Positions 19,081-28,349 of a DNA stretch of 64,000 bases are shown here, piece by piece. The position numbers and the translations under genes are program-made. The first letter of the stretch is position 1. Each line of letters starts with the position of its first letter. A model generated the notes under the pieces. The model did no database searches. It worked only from the letters and a program-made list of their open reading frames with translations, and was not told where the DNA came from. This stretch comes from Thermoproteota archaeon (GTDB lineage: Archaea; Korarchaeota; Korarchaeia; Korarchaeales; Korarchaeaceae), in contig JAOZFH010000018.1 in assembly GCA_027491415.1 (NCBI GenBank), forward strand, positions 16,856-80,855, read 5' to 3'.

Positions 19081-19836
19081 TTAAGGCGAGAGCGCTTCGA
19101 CCGCGGCCTTCGCGAGCGCCCTCCGAGACCTGTCTACCTTGCGCGATGAGAACCTCGCCCTCCAGACCCCCTCGAACAGCTCGTCGGTAATCGCTAGCCC
19201 GGCCGCCAGCCTGACCCCCCTGAACTCCGCCACCGCCATCAGGGCAGAGCACTCCATCTCAACCGCCAGGGCCCCGAGCAGAGAGTACCTTCGAACCTTT
19301 CCGACGGTCTCGCGAAACGGCGAGTCGGTGGTCCAGACCCCGCCCCTCAGCACCCTTACGCCCGACCCTCCGAGCGAGGATTCCAGGGCCTCGATCATCT
19401 CTGGGTCGGCGAGGGGGATCCTCTCAGGCGGCAGGTAGTGATAGCTCGTCCCCTCCTCCCTGATGGCCCACTCCGGCAGCACCACGTCCCCAATCCCAAC
19501 ATCGGGTGATATGGAGCCCGCCTCTCCCAGGACCAAGATCCTCTTCGCCCCACTTGCTGCCAGGACCTCCAGCAGCATTGCGGCCGCCGGCGCCCCGAAG
19601 TAGGCCAGCAGAAATGGGATGCCCTCGAAGTGGAACCTCTCCAAGCACCCGGCCGCCCGGCACCTCTCCGGGGTCGCCCCGAGGGTCTCGGCGGCGAGCC
19701 TAAAGATCCTGGGGGTCAGGGCGATGACGGCCGAACCTCCCCCCAGCCAGTCAACCCTCAGCTCGTATGGGTCTATTATAGGCTCGTCCCCCTCCGCCGG
19801 CAGGAAGTCGAGGACCGGCACACCCGTCGGATCCAA
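19081..19836 (-). CDS. Nucleoside phosphorylase (PNP/UDP family)
   Basis: GAPAA, GEAGSI, AIREEGTSYHY, WTTDSPFRET, VEMECSAL. Confidence 0.88.
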   Translation of the reverse strand: MDPTGVPVLDFLPAEGDEPIIDPYELRVDWLGGGSAVIALTPRIFRLAAETLGATPERCRAAGCLERFHFEGIPFLLAYFGAPAAAMLLEVLAASGAKRILVLGEAGSISPDVGIGDVVLPEWAIREEGTSYHYLPPERIPLADPEMIEALESSLGGSGVRVLRGGVWTTDSPFRETVGKVRRYSLLGALAVEMECSALMAVAEFRGVRLAAGLAITDELFEGVWRARFSSRKVDRSRRALAKAAVEALSP

Positions 19837-19864
19837 TCGGCCGGCTATTAAGGCCTCTCAGTGT

Positions 19865-20761
19865 TCAGACGAGCCTTAGAATCTTGGCGAGGGCCGTCTT
19901 CAGGAGTCCCTTGAGGAACGCCCTGCCCATGTTAGAGACCGGGGCCGTAACCGTGGAGTACCTGGCGTCGTCGCTCAGCGTCACCGGCGCCCCCCTGACG
20001 AGCACCGCAGGGATTCCCTCGGACCCCTGCCCCATGAGGAGGGCGGCCGCTGCCGCGAGCTCGTCGGCCACGAGGTCCACGCCCCCGAACTTGGGCTTCC
20101 CATAGAGGTCCGGCTCTCCGAAAGACCTCCTCACGGGGTCGATTCCGGAGACACCCACGGCCCAGTCCACGGAGCCCATCCTGAACGGCGCGAAGTCCGT
20201 GTCCGAGATCACCACGCCGACCCTGGCCCCCGTCAGCTCCCTGATGCGCTCCGCTATCTCCCGGGCCTCGGCGTCTGGGTCGGGGGGAGGGAGCGCGGCC
20301 ACACCCTCCGGGCAGTTGGACCAGTCGATCCCTGCGTCCGTGATCACGACTCCGGCCACCTCGGCCAGTATCGTCCCCCCCTCCTCCTCGACCATAGCCC
20401 TCGCCGCCTCCGGGTCCGGGGAGAACTCCTCCGGGAAGCCGGTCCCCCTGCTTGCCTCCGAGAAGGGAAGTATCAGCACGATCCTCCCGACGCTCCTGAC
20501 GAGTTCCACGAGCCAGGCCGGCCTGCCCGCTATCCTGGCCAAGATCCTGGACTTGAGGGAAGGCTTCACGTCAGAGATCCGCACCAAGTGGCCCTTCGCC
20601 TTGGAGACCACCTTGCTGGCTACCACCAGCACGTCGCCGTCACTGAGCTCGATTCCCATGGAATCGATCGCGGAGAGGATCACACTCGGGAGATCGTCTC
20701 CCTGCCTGAGTTCCGGGAGCCTCAACCCAATTAACTCAATCCTCCCACCCGGATTAGACAT
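19865..20761 (-). CDS. CofE-family (F420-0:gamma-glutamyl ligase-like) protein, copy 1
   Basis: GDDL, DGDVLVVASKVVSK, AGIDWSN, VISDT, ADELAAAAALLMGQ..EGIP; ATG 20761 preceded by GGAGG. Confidence 0.85.
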   Translation of the reverse strand: MSNPGGRIELIGLRLPELRQGDDLPSVILSAIDSMGIELSDGDVLVVASKVVSKAKGHLVRISDVKPSLKSRILARIAGRPAWLVELVRSVGRIVLILPFSEASRGTGFPEEFSPDPEAARAMVEEEGGTILAEVAGVVITDAGIDWSNCPEGVAALPPPDPDAEAREIAERIRELTGARVGVVISDTDFAPFRMGSVDWAVGVSGIDPVRRSFGEPDLYGKPKFGGVDLVADELAAAAALLMGQGSEGIPAVLVRGAPVTLSDDARYSTVTAPVSNMGRAFLKGLLKTALAKILRLV

Positions 20762-20888
20762 GAAATATCCTCCCCCCTGATCAGACGCCAAGACTATTAG
20801 CTGGTTTGCCTTCTACATACAAGCGTTCGTGGTGTTCGGCTCTCACTATGAATGAACCTGACGAGTCGAAGGGGAGCGCGGGAGGAGG

Positions 20889-22307
20889 TTGAAAATGTCC
20901 CCGAGGTCTCACGCTCTTTCCGCCTCCAGCACAAACATACCAGAGATTGCGTCGCTTGTCTGGGTTATCTTGGCCACGATCGTGCTGCTGGAGAGCACGG
21001 GAGACTGGGTGCCGAAGCAGGTCGACCCACTGAGCTTGCTCGGCAGGGCCGTGGGGCTCCTGGCGGCTGGTATGGCCCTCATCATCCTGTATTTCATCGT
21101 GCTTCAGAGGCTGGAGGCCCTTCTCTGGAGGGACTGGAAGTACTTCACCTGGGGGCAGGCACTCCTGGCATACTTCCTGCTCATCGAACTCGTCGACTCG
21201 GCCTTCGTCCTCCCTGAGTACGTGCACGTGATGGAACTCCTCACGATCCTAATCTCGGTGGGGATATGCTCCTGGTCACTCACGTCGATAATGGCCAGGC
21301 TGGCCTCCCTATTGACCGCCAAGAGGGGGGTCCCCAGGGTTCGACCGACTTGGATATTCGCAGCGTGGCTAGCTGTGCTGATCTCAGTCACCGCGTGGTC
21401 GCTTCGATACGTCAGGCCGCTCCCACGGCCGAGGTATCTGGACCTTACCTTGGACATAGCGATCGCGGGCGTGCTCGCCGCGAACCTGTGGAGGCTCACC
21501 AAAGCCCTGGGGACGGTCACAGGGGCCGGCAGGTGGCTAGTCGAGGCCTCCATCACCTCGATGGCACTTGGCGCGGTGGCGGAACTCTACGTGATGTTCG
21601 AGGACCTGTTCCTCACCCCAAAGACGATGAACGTTTTCGGTTACACTCTCACGGGAGCCATCGCTCTTGGGGTGGCCATATCCGGGTTCGGCTACTATCT
21701 GCTGGGAACCACGCCATATAGGGAGCCCCCCAACACGGAGGGGGAGGGTGGACCGGAGATTGACTGGAGGGAGTTTGGCCTGGACGTCGGAGGAGAGGGC
21801 GAGGTTATTCTGATGGAGTTCGAGCCTCTAACATCTCCCTCGGAGATGATAGCTAGCCTAGTGTCGTGGCTTAGGGAGCTCGACATGAAGATCGTGGTGA
21901 TCGCTAGGCGGGGTATCCCTCTGAGGGAGGTGGCGTCGGAGTCTGACCTGACTATCCGGGTCAGCCCTGGCAGGATGGCCGCGCCTAAGGAGCTGTCTCC
22001 GGGCGAGCTGGAGGTGGGCCTGAGCCCATCCGTGATCCTGGGGATCGTGAGCAGGTTGATCACGCCCGAGAGGAGGATGTCGCTCGTGGTGGAGAACGTC
22101 AGCGATATGACCACTCTCATCGGGTTGGACGGGGCCTACCGCCTGATCAGGGCCCTCATAGACATGCTGATCCCGGAGAGGGCCGTGGTAGTGCTCGTAG
22201 TGAACCGAGGCGCCCACGGCGATCGGGAGATGAACCTGATGAGGGGTCTCGCCACTTGGATCATTAACGCCACGCGATACCCACCCGAGATCAGGAAGGT
22301 GGCCTGA
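20889..22307 (+). CDS. Multi-TM protein with C-terminal inactive KaiC/DUF835-like domain, copy 1
   Basis: About 8 hydrophobic helices then an alpha/beta domain (VILMEF...LVVENVSD...AHGDREMNLMRGLA) with no Walker A. Confidence 0.7.
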   Translation: MKMSPRSHALSASSTNIPEIASLVWVILATIVLLESTGDWVPKQVDPLSLLGRAVGLLAAGMALIILYFIVLQRLEALLWRDWKYFTWGQALLAYFLLIELVDSAFVLPEYVHVMELLTILISVGICSWSLTSIMARLASLLTAKRGVPRVRPTWIFAAWLAVLISVTAWSLRYVRPLPRPRYLDLTLDIAIAGVLAANLWRLTKALGTVTGAGRWLVEASITSMALGAVAELYVMFEDLFLTPKTMNVFGYTLTGAIALGVAISGFGYYLLGTTPYREPPNTEGEGGPEIDWREFGLDVGGEGEVILMEFEPLTSPSEMIASLVSWLRELDMKIVVIARRGIPLREVASESDLTIRVSPGRMAAPKELSPGELEVGLSPSVILGIVSRLITPERRMSLVVENVSDMTTLIGLDGAYRLIRALIDMLIPERAVVVLVVNRGAHGDREMNLMRGLATWIINATRYPPEIRKVA

Positions 22308-22343
22308 GGTTTTTGGGGATCTAGGTTAGGGTTAAGACGGCCC

Positions 22344-23699
22344 TCAGCCGGATGCGAGCCTCGTCGCGGCCCGGGAGGCCCGCTCCACCACCTCCCCCGC
22401 GTCCATCGTCATTATCCGTCTGGCCCTGACAATCACCCTCCCGTCGACTATCACCGTGTCCACGTCGTCGCCGGTGGCAGAGAAGACCAGCGCCGATACC
22501 GGGTCCCTCTGAGTGGAGAGGTGGGGCCTCCTGAGGTCCACCAGGATTAGGTCGGCCCTCTTGCCGGCCTCCAGCGTTCCGATCTCATCGGCGAGTCCCA
22601 GCGCCCTCGCCCCGTTCACGGTCGCCATCCTGAGCACGTCCCAGGAGGTCAGCGCCCTTGGGTCGAGCCTACTCCCCCTCTGGAGGAGGGCCGCAAGGCG
22701 CATCTCTCTGAACATGTCGAGGGAGTCGTTGCTAGCCGGGCCGTCGGTCCCCAGGGCGACGTTCACCCCCTCCCTGAGCATGTCGGCCACCGGGGCGATG
22801 CCGGACGCCAGCTTTAGGTTGCTGGCCGGGCAGTGGACCACGCTCGCCCCCTTGGAGGCCAAGAGTGAGATCTCCTCCCGGTCGAGCCAGACCCCGTGGG
22901 CCGCCAGGACGTTGGGTCCCAGCACCCCGAGGGAGTCCAGGTAGGAGGGGGGCCCCTCCCCAGCTCTCTCCCTGAGCTCCTCAACCTCCCTCCTGGTCTC
23001 GGAGAGGTGTATGTGGAGCCTCAGACCCCTGGACCTGGCGAGCTCGGCGGAGGCGCGGAGGAGCTCCTCAGAGCACGTGTACGGGGCGTGCGGACCCACT
23101 GCCGCCCTTATTCTGCCGCCGCCAGCCATGTGCCAATCCTCTATGAACCTCTCGGCCTCCCTGAGCTCCTTAACGGTCTTGTCCGGATCCCTCTCCCAAC
23201 CCGGGGCGTCTATCATCCCGTAGGAAAGGACTGCCCTCACCCCGGACTCCAGAGCGGCCCTTGCCACCGAGTCCTCGTGGAAGTACATGTCCGAGAAGGT
23301 GGTTGTTCCCGAGAGGAGCATCTCCAAGATCCCCAGCCTCGCGCCGTCTAGCACCTCCTCTGGACCCATCTTGGCCTCTACCCTCCATATCTCCCTGAGC
23401 CACTCGTCCAGCGGCCTGTCGGAGGCGAGCCCCCTCAGCAGGGTCATGGCCACGTGGGTGTGGGCGTTTACCAGGCCGGGTAAGGCGACCATGCCCCTCC
23501 CCTCGACGACCTCCTCTGCGGAGACGGGCGGCATGGATGACCTCCTGCCGATTGAGACAATCCTACCTCCCTCGACGGCCACGTACCCATCTCGGATCAC
23601 GAGCCCTGGCGGGTCGACGGGGATCATTGCGGAGGCCAGCACCAGGAGGTCCACATTTAGCCTGGTCATCTTCAGCCGAGGCGGACCTCGGTCCGTCAA
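22344..23699 (-). CDS. MTA/SAH/5'-deoxyadenosine deaminase (amidohydrolase, MtaD/DadD-like)
   Basis: PGLVNAHTH, FSDMYF, GPHAPYTC, HIHLSET, AHGVW, HCPASNLKLASG, GTDGPASN; alternative ATG at 23669. Confidence 0.88.
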   Translation of the reverse strand: MTDRGPPRLKMTRLNVDLLVLASAMIPVDPPGLVIRDGYVAVEGGRIVSIGRRSSMPPVSAEEVVEGRGMVALPGLVNAHTHVAMTLLRGLASDRPLDEWLREIWRVEAKMGPEEVLDGARLGILEMLLSGTTTFSDMYFHEDSVARAALESGVRAVLSYGMIDAPGWERDPDKTVKELREAERFIEDWHMAGGGRIRAAVGPHAPYTCSEELLRASAELARSRGLRLHIHLSETRREVEELRERAGEGPPSYLDSLGVLGPNVLAAHGVWLDREEISLLASKGASVVHCPASNLKLASGIAPVADMLREGVNVALGTDGPASNDSLDMFREMRLAALLQRGSRLDPRALTSWDVLRMATVNGARALGLADEIGTLEAGKRADLILVDLRRPHLSTQRDPVSALVFSATGDDVDTVIVDGRVIVRARRIMTMDAGEVVERASRAATRLASG

Positions 23700-23733
23700 A
23701 ACGTTTTATCCACCGACCGACACGCGGAACGCG

Positions 23734-24963
23734 ATGAGGATAGAACTCCCCTACGGGCGGGGCTTCGTCTCCGCCGAGATACCAGAGACCGCGGACGTGA
23801 CCGTGCTGCATCCAAGGCCCCTCAAACCTGACGCCCAGGCAAGGGGGATCGTCTCCGAGGCGCTGGAGTCCGCGAGCCCGGGCCTGGAGGAGGAGCCCTC
23901 CGGCAGGGTCGTGATAGTGGTCGACGACCACACTAGGCCCTGCCCGACCGAGGTTATGCTGGACCACGTGCTGGGGAGGCTGAGGGTCCCCAGGAACCGG
24001 ATAACGGTGATCTTCGCAACCGGCACCCACAGGCCCGTTTCCCCGGATGAGGCGAAGGAGATCCTGGGAAAGCACCACGGAACCGTCGAGGCGGTCAGCC
24101 ACGACTGCAGGGGGGCCCACGTCTACCTCGGGGAGACCGGCAGGGGCACCCCCGTCGCGGTGGACGAGCTCTACAAGACCGCGGACTACCGCATCCTCCT
24201 GGGCGACGTCGAGCCGCACTACTTCGCCGGGTACGGCGGCGGTAGGAAGAGCGTACTCCCGGGAGTGAGCTCCTACGAGACCATACAGGCCAACCACAAG
24301 ATGATGTTCCTCCCGGGAGCCGAGGTGGGCGTCCTAGACGGGAACCCAGTCAGCGAGGACATGGAGGAGGCCGCCGACATGGCCGGGGCAGAGTTCACGC
24401 TCAACGTGGTGCAGAACGCCGAGCACGAGATAGTCTCTGCGCACGGCGGGCATCATAGGGACGTGCTCAGGGCCGGCGCGAGGGTCGTGGACCGAATGTA
24501 CAAGGTGAGGTACGAGGGGGAGCCAGCGGACGTGGTGATCGTTGCTGCCAACGGATACCCGCACGACGTAGACCTTTACCAGGCCTACAAGGCTCTTCAC
24601 ATGGCCCTCAGGGTCGTAAAGCCCGGGGGGGCGGTGGTGTTCGTCGCGGAGTGCAGGGACGGGGCGGGGAATAGGAAGTTTGTCGAGTACATGAGGAGGT
24701 ACTCCTCCTCAGACGAGGTCGAGGCTGCCCTCAAGCGGACGTTCGAGTTGGGGGGTCACAAGGCCTACTATCACCTTAGAGCCGTGGAGAGGAACAGGAT
24801 CCTGTCCCTGACCTCCATGGACCCCGCCGAGGTGAGGGGGCTCTACAAGATGGAGCCAATCTCCTCGCTCCAGGAGGGGGTCGACGCGGCCCTGAGGGGG
24901 CTCTCAAACCCGAGGGTCGTGGTGATGCCTGAGGGAACTACCACGATCCCCGCGCCAACCTGA
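23734..24963 (+). CDS. LarA-family nickel-pincer racemase/epimerase
   Basis: DDHTRP, ATGTHR, EPHYFAGYGGGRKSVLPG, DLYQAYK; start at ATG 23734 (upstream part of the tracked ORF is antisense to the deaminase). Confidence 0.9.
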   Translation: MRIELPYGRGFVSAEIPETADVTVLHPRPLKPDAQARGIVSEALESASPGLEEEPSGRVVIVVDDHTRPCPTEVMLDHVLGRLRVPRNRITVIFATGTHRPVSPDEAKEILGKHHGTVEAVSHDCRGAHVYLGETGRGTPVAVDELYKTADYRILLGDVEPHYFAGYGGGRKSVLPGVSSYETIQANHKMMFLPGAEVGVLDGNPVSEDMEEAADMAGAEFTLNVVQNAEHEIVSAHGGHHRDVLRAGARVVDRMYKVRYEGEPADVVIVAANGYPHDVDLYQAYKALHMALRVVKPGGAVVFVAECRDGAGNRKFVEYMRRYSSSDEVEAALKRTFELGGHKAYYHLRAVERNRILSLTSMDPAEVRGLYKMEPISSLQEGVDAALRGLSNPRVVVMPEGTTTIPAPT

Positions 24964-24970
24964 GCTCGGG

Positions 24971-26698
24971 TCAGACGGCCTTGGTTTGCCCTATCACCCT
25001 AGCGACGATGAAGTTCAGCGGGGGCGAGAGCCTCAGACACTCGCTGAGGGGGACTGTTGGGTACAGCTCCTTGTTTATGGCCACCTCCTTGTTAATGGTC
25101 AGCTCTCTGGCCCTCTCCAAGAACTCGGACTCCTCTTCTGGTGTGAGCGGTCCCCTCTGGAGTCTGGAGAATATTTCCCTGTCCAGCGCCACTCTCTCCT
25201 CGATTATCTCGTAGAGATCCTCCCCGATCATGCCCCTATTCCTCTTGACCCTCGCCAGATTAAGGGAGGCATTCAGGCTGGCCTCGACTATGTCCGGCCG
25301 ATCCATCCACTTCGTCCTGTAGTTGAGGGTGAGACTCCAGTGGGGCTCCTCGAGGGCCCTGCGGTGGGACTCCAAGTCCCTGAACAGAATCTCGTACCCG
25401 TAGGCTTCTGGATGCTCAAACGCCGGGCTCCCAGGGTCAACGAAGGGGGCGAGGGGGGCCGTGAAGGCGTCCATCCGTCCTCCGCCGTGCAGGTTGATGA
25501 GTCTATCCACGTAGTCCGCCACCCCGGCCGCTATCTCGGGGGTCTGCCTGGGGAGGCCAGTCATGAAGTAAAGGTCCAGCCTCCTGAAGCCCAGCTCTCC
25601 CGACGCCCTCACCATCCGCTCTAGCTCCTCGTTCCCGTAGATCCTCCCAAAGGCTCGTCTCACGGACTCATCTTGGCTCTCAGGCGAGATCTGTATGTAG
25701 ACGTCGTATCCGAGGGACCTCAAGGCCTCAAGGAGCCTCCTGCTGGCCGGGTAGAAGAACTCGAACATAAGGGGGTTGTCTAGGTCGGCCCTCTTGAGCC
25801 TCTCCACTACTTCCAGGGCCCCTTCCTCCCCTCTGCCGAGCCTTAGGTCCCCGATGAAGAATATCGTCATCTTGGAGATGGACGAGATCGACTCTGCCTC
25901 TCTGACTATGGCCTCTGGGCTCTTCAGGGCTACCCCTCTCCTGCCGAAGATCCTCTCCTGGGCGCTCCTCGAGCCGCCGCAGGTCACGCAGTTGTACGGA
26001 CAGCCCTTAACGGTCAGGACGGCGGCGATGGGCGTGCTGATGAAGGAGGCGCAGGGCGCCACGAGGGCCAGGTCCCTCTCCCGGAGCGTCATCTTCACCA
26101 GGATCCTGTGGTCCACCTCGTAAGGGTCGAGAGTCTGGGGAGGGTCTCGAGGAGGCTCGAGCCTGATCCTGCCGTCGGCATCCCTCCAGGCCACTCCGGG
26201 AATCCCCTCCAGGCCCCTCCCCCGGTCGACTCTCTCGACTATCTGCTCGACCGCCTCCTCCGTCGTGTCGCCCAGCGCGACAGCATCAACGTATGGGTGA
26301 GCCTCCAAGATCTCTCTCCAGAAGTACGTGGCCGAGACCCCCCCAAGGAGGACGAGAGAGTCGGGGTGCTCGGACTTGATCAACCTGGCTACCTCAAGGG
26401 CCCCGTGAGCGTGGACGAGCCAGTGAAGGTCCACGCCGTAGACGAGGGAGTTCACGGACCGGATCGTCTTCAGTGGGTCATAGTCGGGGTCGAGTATCAT
26501 CTTGGAAGCCAGGTTGAAGATGCCGACCCTCCTTCCCCGTCGGGACAGCCATGTGGAGAGGGTCAGGAAGCCGTAGGGGTACATGTCGAATACCTGGAAG
26601 GAGGGCACTACCTCGCTCGTCAGGCACTTAAACATGGCTCTGCGCCTGAAGTCGAAGACACTGGGGGCGTGGAACAGGGCGAGGTCGTATTTAGCCAT
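24971..26698 (-). CDS. B12-binding radical SAM protein (TIGR04190-like)
   Basis: HAPSVFDFR, FDMYPYGF, DLHWLVHAHG, KGCPYNCVTCGGS, SPESQD, PLAPFVDPGS. Confidence 0.85.
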   Translation of the reverse strand: MAKYDLALFHAPSVFDFRRRAMFKCLTSEVVPSFQVFDMYPYGFLTLSTWLSRRGRRVGIFNLASKMILDPDYDPLKTIRSVNSLVYGVDLHWLVHAHGALEVARLIKSEHPDSLVLLGGVSATYFWREILEAHPYVDAVALGDTTEEAVEQIVERVDRGRGLEGIPGVAWRDADGRIRLEPPRDPPQTLDPYEVDHRILVKMTLRERDLALVAPCASFISTPIAAVLTVKGCPYNCVTCGGSRSAQERIFGRRGVALKSPEAIVREAESISSISKMTIFFIGDLRLGRGEEGALEVVERLKRADLDNPLMFEFFYPASRRLLEALRSLGYDVYIQISPESQDESVRRAFGRIYGNEELERMVRASGELGFRRLDLYFMTGLPRQTPEIAAGVADYVDRLINLHGGGRMDAFTAPLAPFVDPGSPAFEHPEAYGYEILFRDLESHRRALEEPHWSLTLNYRTKWMDRPDIVEASLNASLNLARVKRNRGMIGEDLYEIIEERVALDREIFSRLQRGPLTPEEESEFLERARELTINKEVAINKELYPTVPLSECLRLSPPLNFIVARVIGQTKAV

Positions 26699-26733
26699 CT
26701 CCGGGCGGCCTTCTCAGCAATAGGAAAAAAATT

Positions 26734-27468
26734 TCACCGCAGCCTCTCGGCTACCACCCCAGTGAAGGTGCCCAGCGCGCGCCTGAACACCGTCCTTACC
26801 TCAAAGAGCCTTCTTATCTCTCTGACGAACTCTGATGAGGTCCACATGGCTTCGTACGTTGGGTAGAGCTCCCTCCACGGTGAGACGTCGACCCTCATGG
26901 TGGCCAGCCCGGCCAGGGCCGGGGCGATCCACCTGACGTAGGTCTTAGCCAGGGCGTCGACTGCCCGCCAGTCGGGCCTGGTGAGGTCGAGCACCCCCAG
27001 CCTCCCTCCTATCCTCAGGACGCGCCGCAGCTCCCTGAGGGCCTCTCTCCTATCTACGGCGTCCCGGAGGGAGTAGGCGGCCAGGGCCAGGTCCACGGAC
27101 TCGTCAGCCAGCGGGATGTCCTCGAACGTTGCCCTGACGGCTAGCAACGTGAGTCCACTCCCCGCGCGGCTCGCCCTCTCCCTAGCCGCGACGAGCATCT
27201 CATTGAGCGGGTCGAGGAGTATCAAGGTTCCACCTGGCGAGAGGGCCTTCGCCAGCAGTTCGGAAGACTGACCCGGGCCGCAGCCGGCGTCCAACGCTGC
27301 CTCCCCGGGTCTGGGCCGCAAGTCGACCACGAGCCTCTCCCTTAGCCTTCCCGCGAGTCCCAGCGACATGGCGGCGTTGGCCCTCTCGTACACATCCGTG
27401 AGTTCGCTCAGCGCGGCCTCCACCCTCCCCCAGCGGTCGCCGGGGAGACCGTCGCTCAACCCTCCCAC
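26734..27468 (-). CDS. UbiE/MenG-like class I SAM methyltransferase
   Basis: YERANAAMSLG, LDAGCGPG, YSLRD, RVLRIGG. Confidence 0.82.
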   Translation of the reverse strand: MGGLSDGLPGDRWGRVEAALSELTDVYERANAAMSLGLAGRLRERLVVDLRPRPGEAALDAGCGPGQSSELLAKALSPGGTLILLDPLNEMLVAARERASRAGSGLTLLAVRATFEDIPLADESVDLALAAYSLRDAVDRREALRELRRVLRIGGRLGVLDLTRPDWRAVDALAKTYVRWIAPALAGLATMRVDVSPWRELYPTYEAMWTSSEFVREIRRLFEVRTVFRRALGTFTGVVAERLR

Positions 27469-28277
27469 CTCGTCGCGTAAAGGGCTAGCTCCTTCAGGAG
27501 GTTCCTGGCCTCCGACGGCGGGACCAGGTCCTCCAGCAAGTCGACGGCCCTGCGAGTGAAGTCCTCTGACGCGGCGCCTATCGGGCCGACGGGTTTGGCC
27601 TCAACCAAGGCGCTTATCTCACCCGGCTTTCCGAAGTCCAGCAGGTCGTCCCTCAGCTGGTAGGCCATGCCGACCAGCCTGCCGAACTCGGCCATCCCGC
27701 TGATCACCCGATCCTCGGCCCCCGCGATGATCGCGCCCAGCTCGGTAGACGCGCTGAAGAGCGAGGCGGTCTTCTTCTCCAGTATCTGGAGGTAGGCGTC
27801 GAAGGATATCGGCTCACCCCTCGCCCTGATCCTAGCCTCCTCCGCCTCGCCCTCGCTCATGACCCTCGTGGTCCTCGACAGGGCCCTGGCGATCCTCGGA
27901 TTGCCGTAGTCGGCCGTCACGTCCAGCACGAGGGAGAGGACGAAGTCGGAGACGAGGATCGCGAGGTCTCGGCCGAACCTCATGTGAAAGGCGAGCTTCC
28001 CCCTACGGACCTGGTCGCCGTCTATCAGGTCGTCGTGAATCAGAGAGGCGGTGTGTATGAGCTCCACGGCCGCCGCGGCGGGGTCTGGATCTGGGTCTGC
28101 TCCGCCCCCGCAGACCTCGTGGCTCAAGTAGAGAAGGACCGGCCTGACCCTCTTCCCCCCAGAGACGAACTCCACGAGGGGCGCCGCGAATGGAGAGGAC
28201 ACGTGCTCGGACAGGAGCTTAGACAGGGCCTTATCAGCCCTCTCGACGTAGGGGCGGAGCCTCTCCCGGAGCAACAC
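27456..28277 (-). CDS. Polyprenyl diphosphate synthase
   Basis: GGKRVRP, ELIHTASLIHDDLIDGDQVRRG, KTASLF, YQLRDDLLD. Confidence 0.92.
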   Translation of the reverse strand: MLLRERLRPYVERADKALSKLLSEHVSSPFAAPLVEFVSGGKRVRPVLLYLSHEVCGGGADPDPDPAAAAVELIHTASLIHDDLIDGDQVRRGKLAFHMRFGRDLAILVSDFVLSLVLDVTADYGNPRIARALSRTTRVMSEGEAEEARIRARGEPISFDAYLQILEKKTASLFSASTELGAIIAGAEDRVISGMAEFGRLVGMAYQLRDDLLDFGKPGEISALVEAKPVGPIGAASEDFTRRAVDLLEDLVPPSEARNLLKELALYATRWEG

Positions 28278-28349
28278 CGATCGGTAGGGGGCTGTGAGTG
28301 GGGCGAAAATTAACCTTAGCCGACCAGGAGAGGGGAGCGCTTAATTCGG

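Noticed and set aside
23287-23733. Apparent 149 aa N-terminal extension of LarA
   Set aside because: Antisense to the deaminase; the LarA-like sequence begins at ATG 23734
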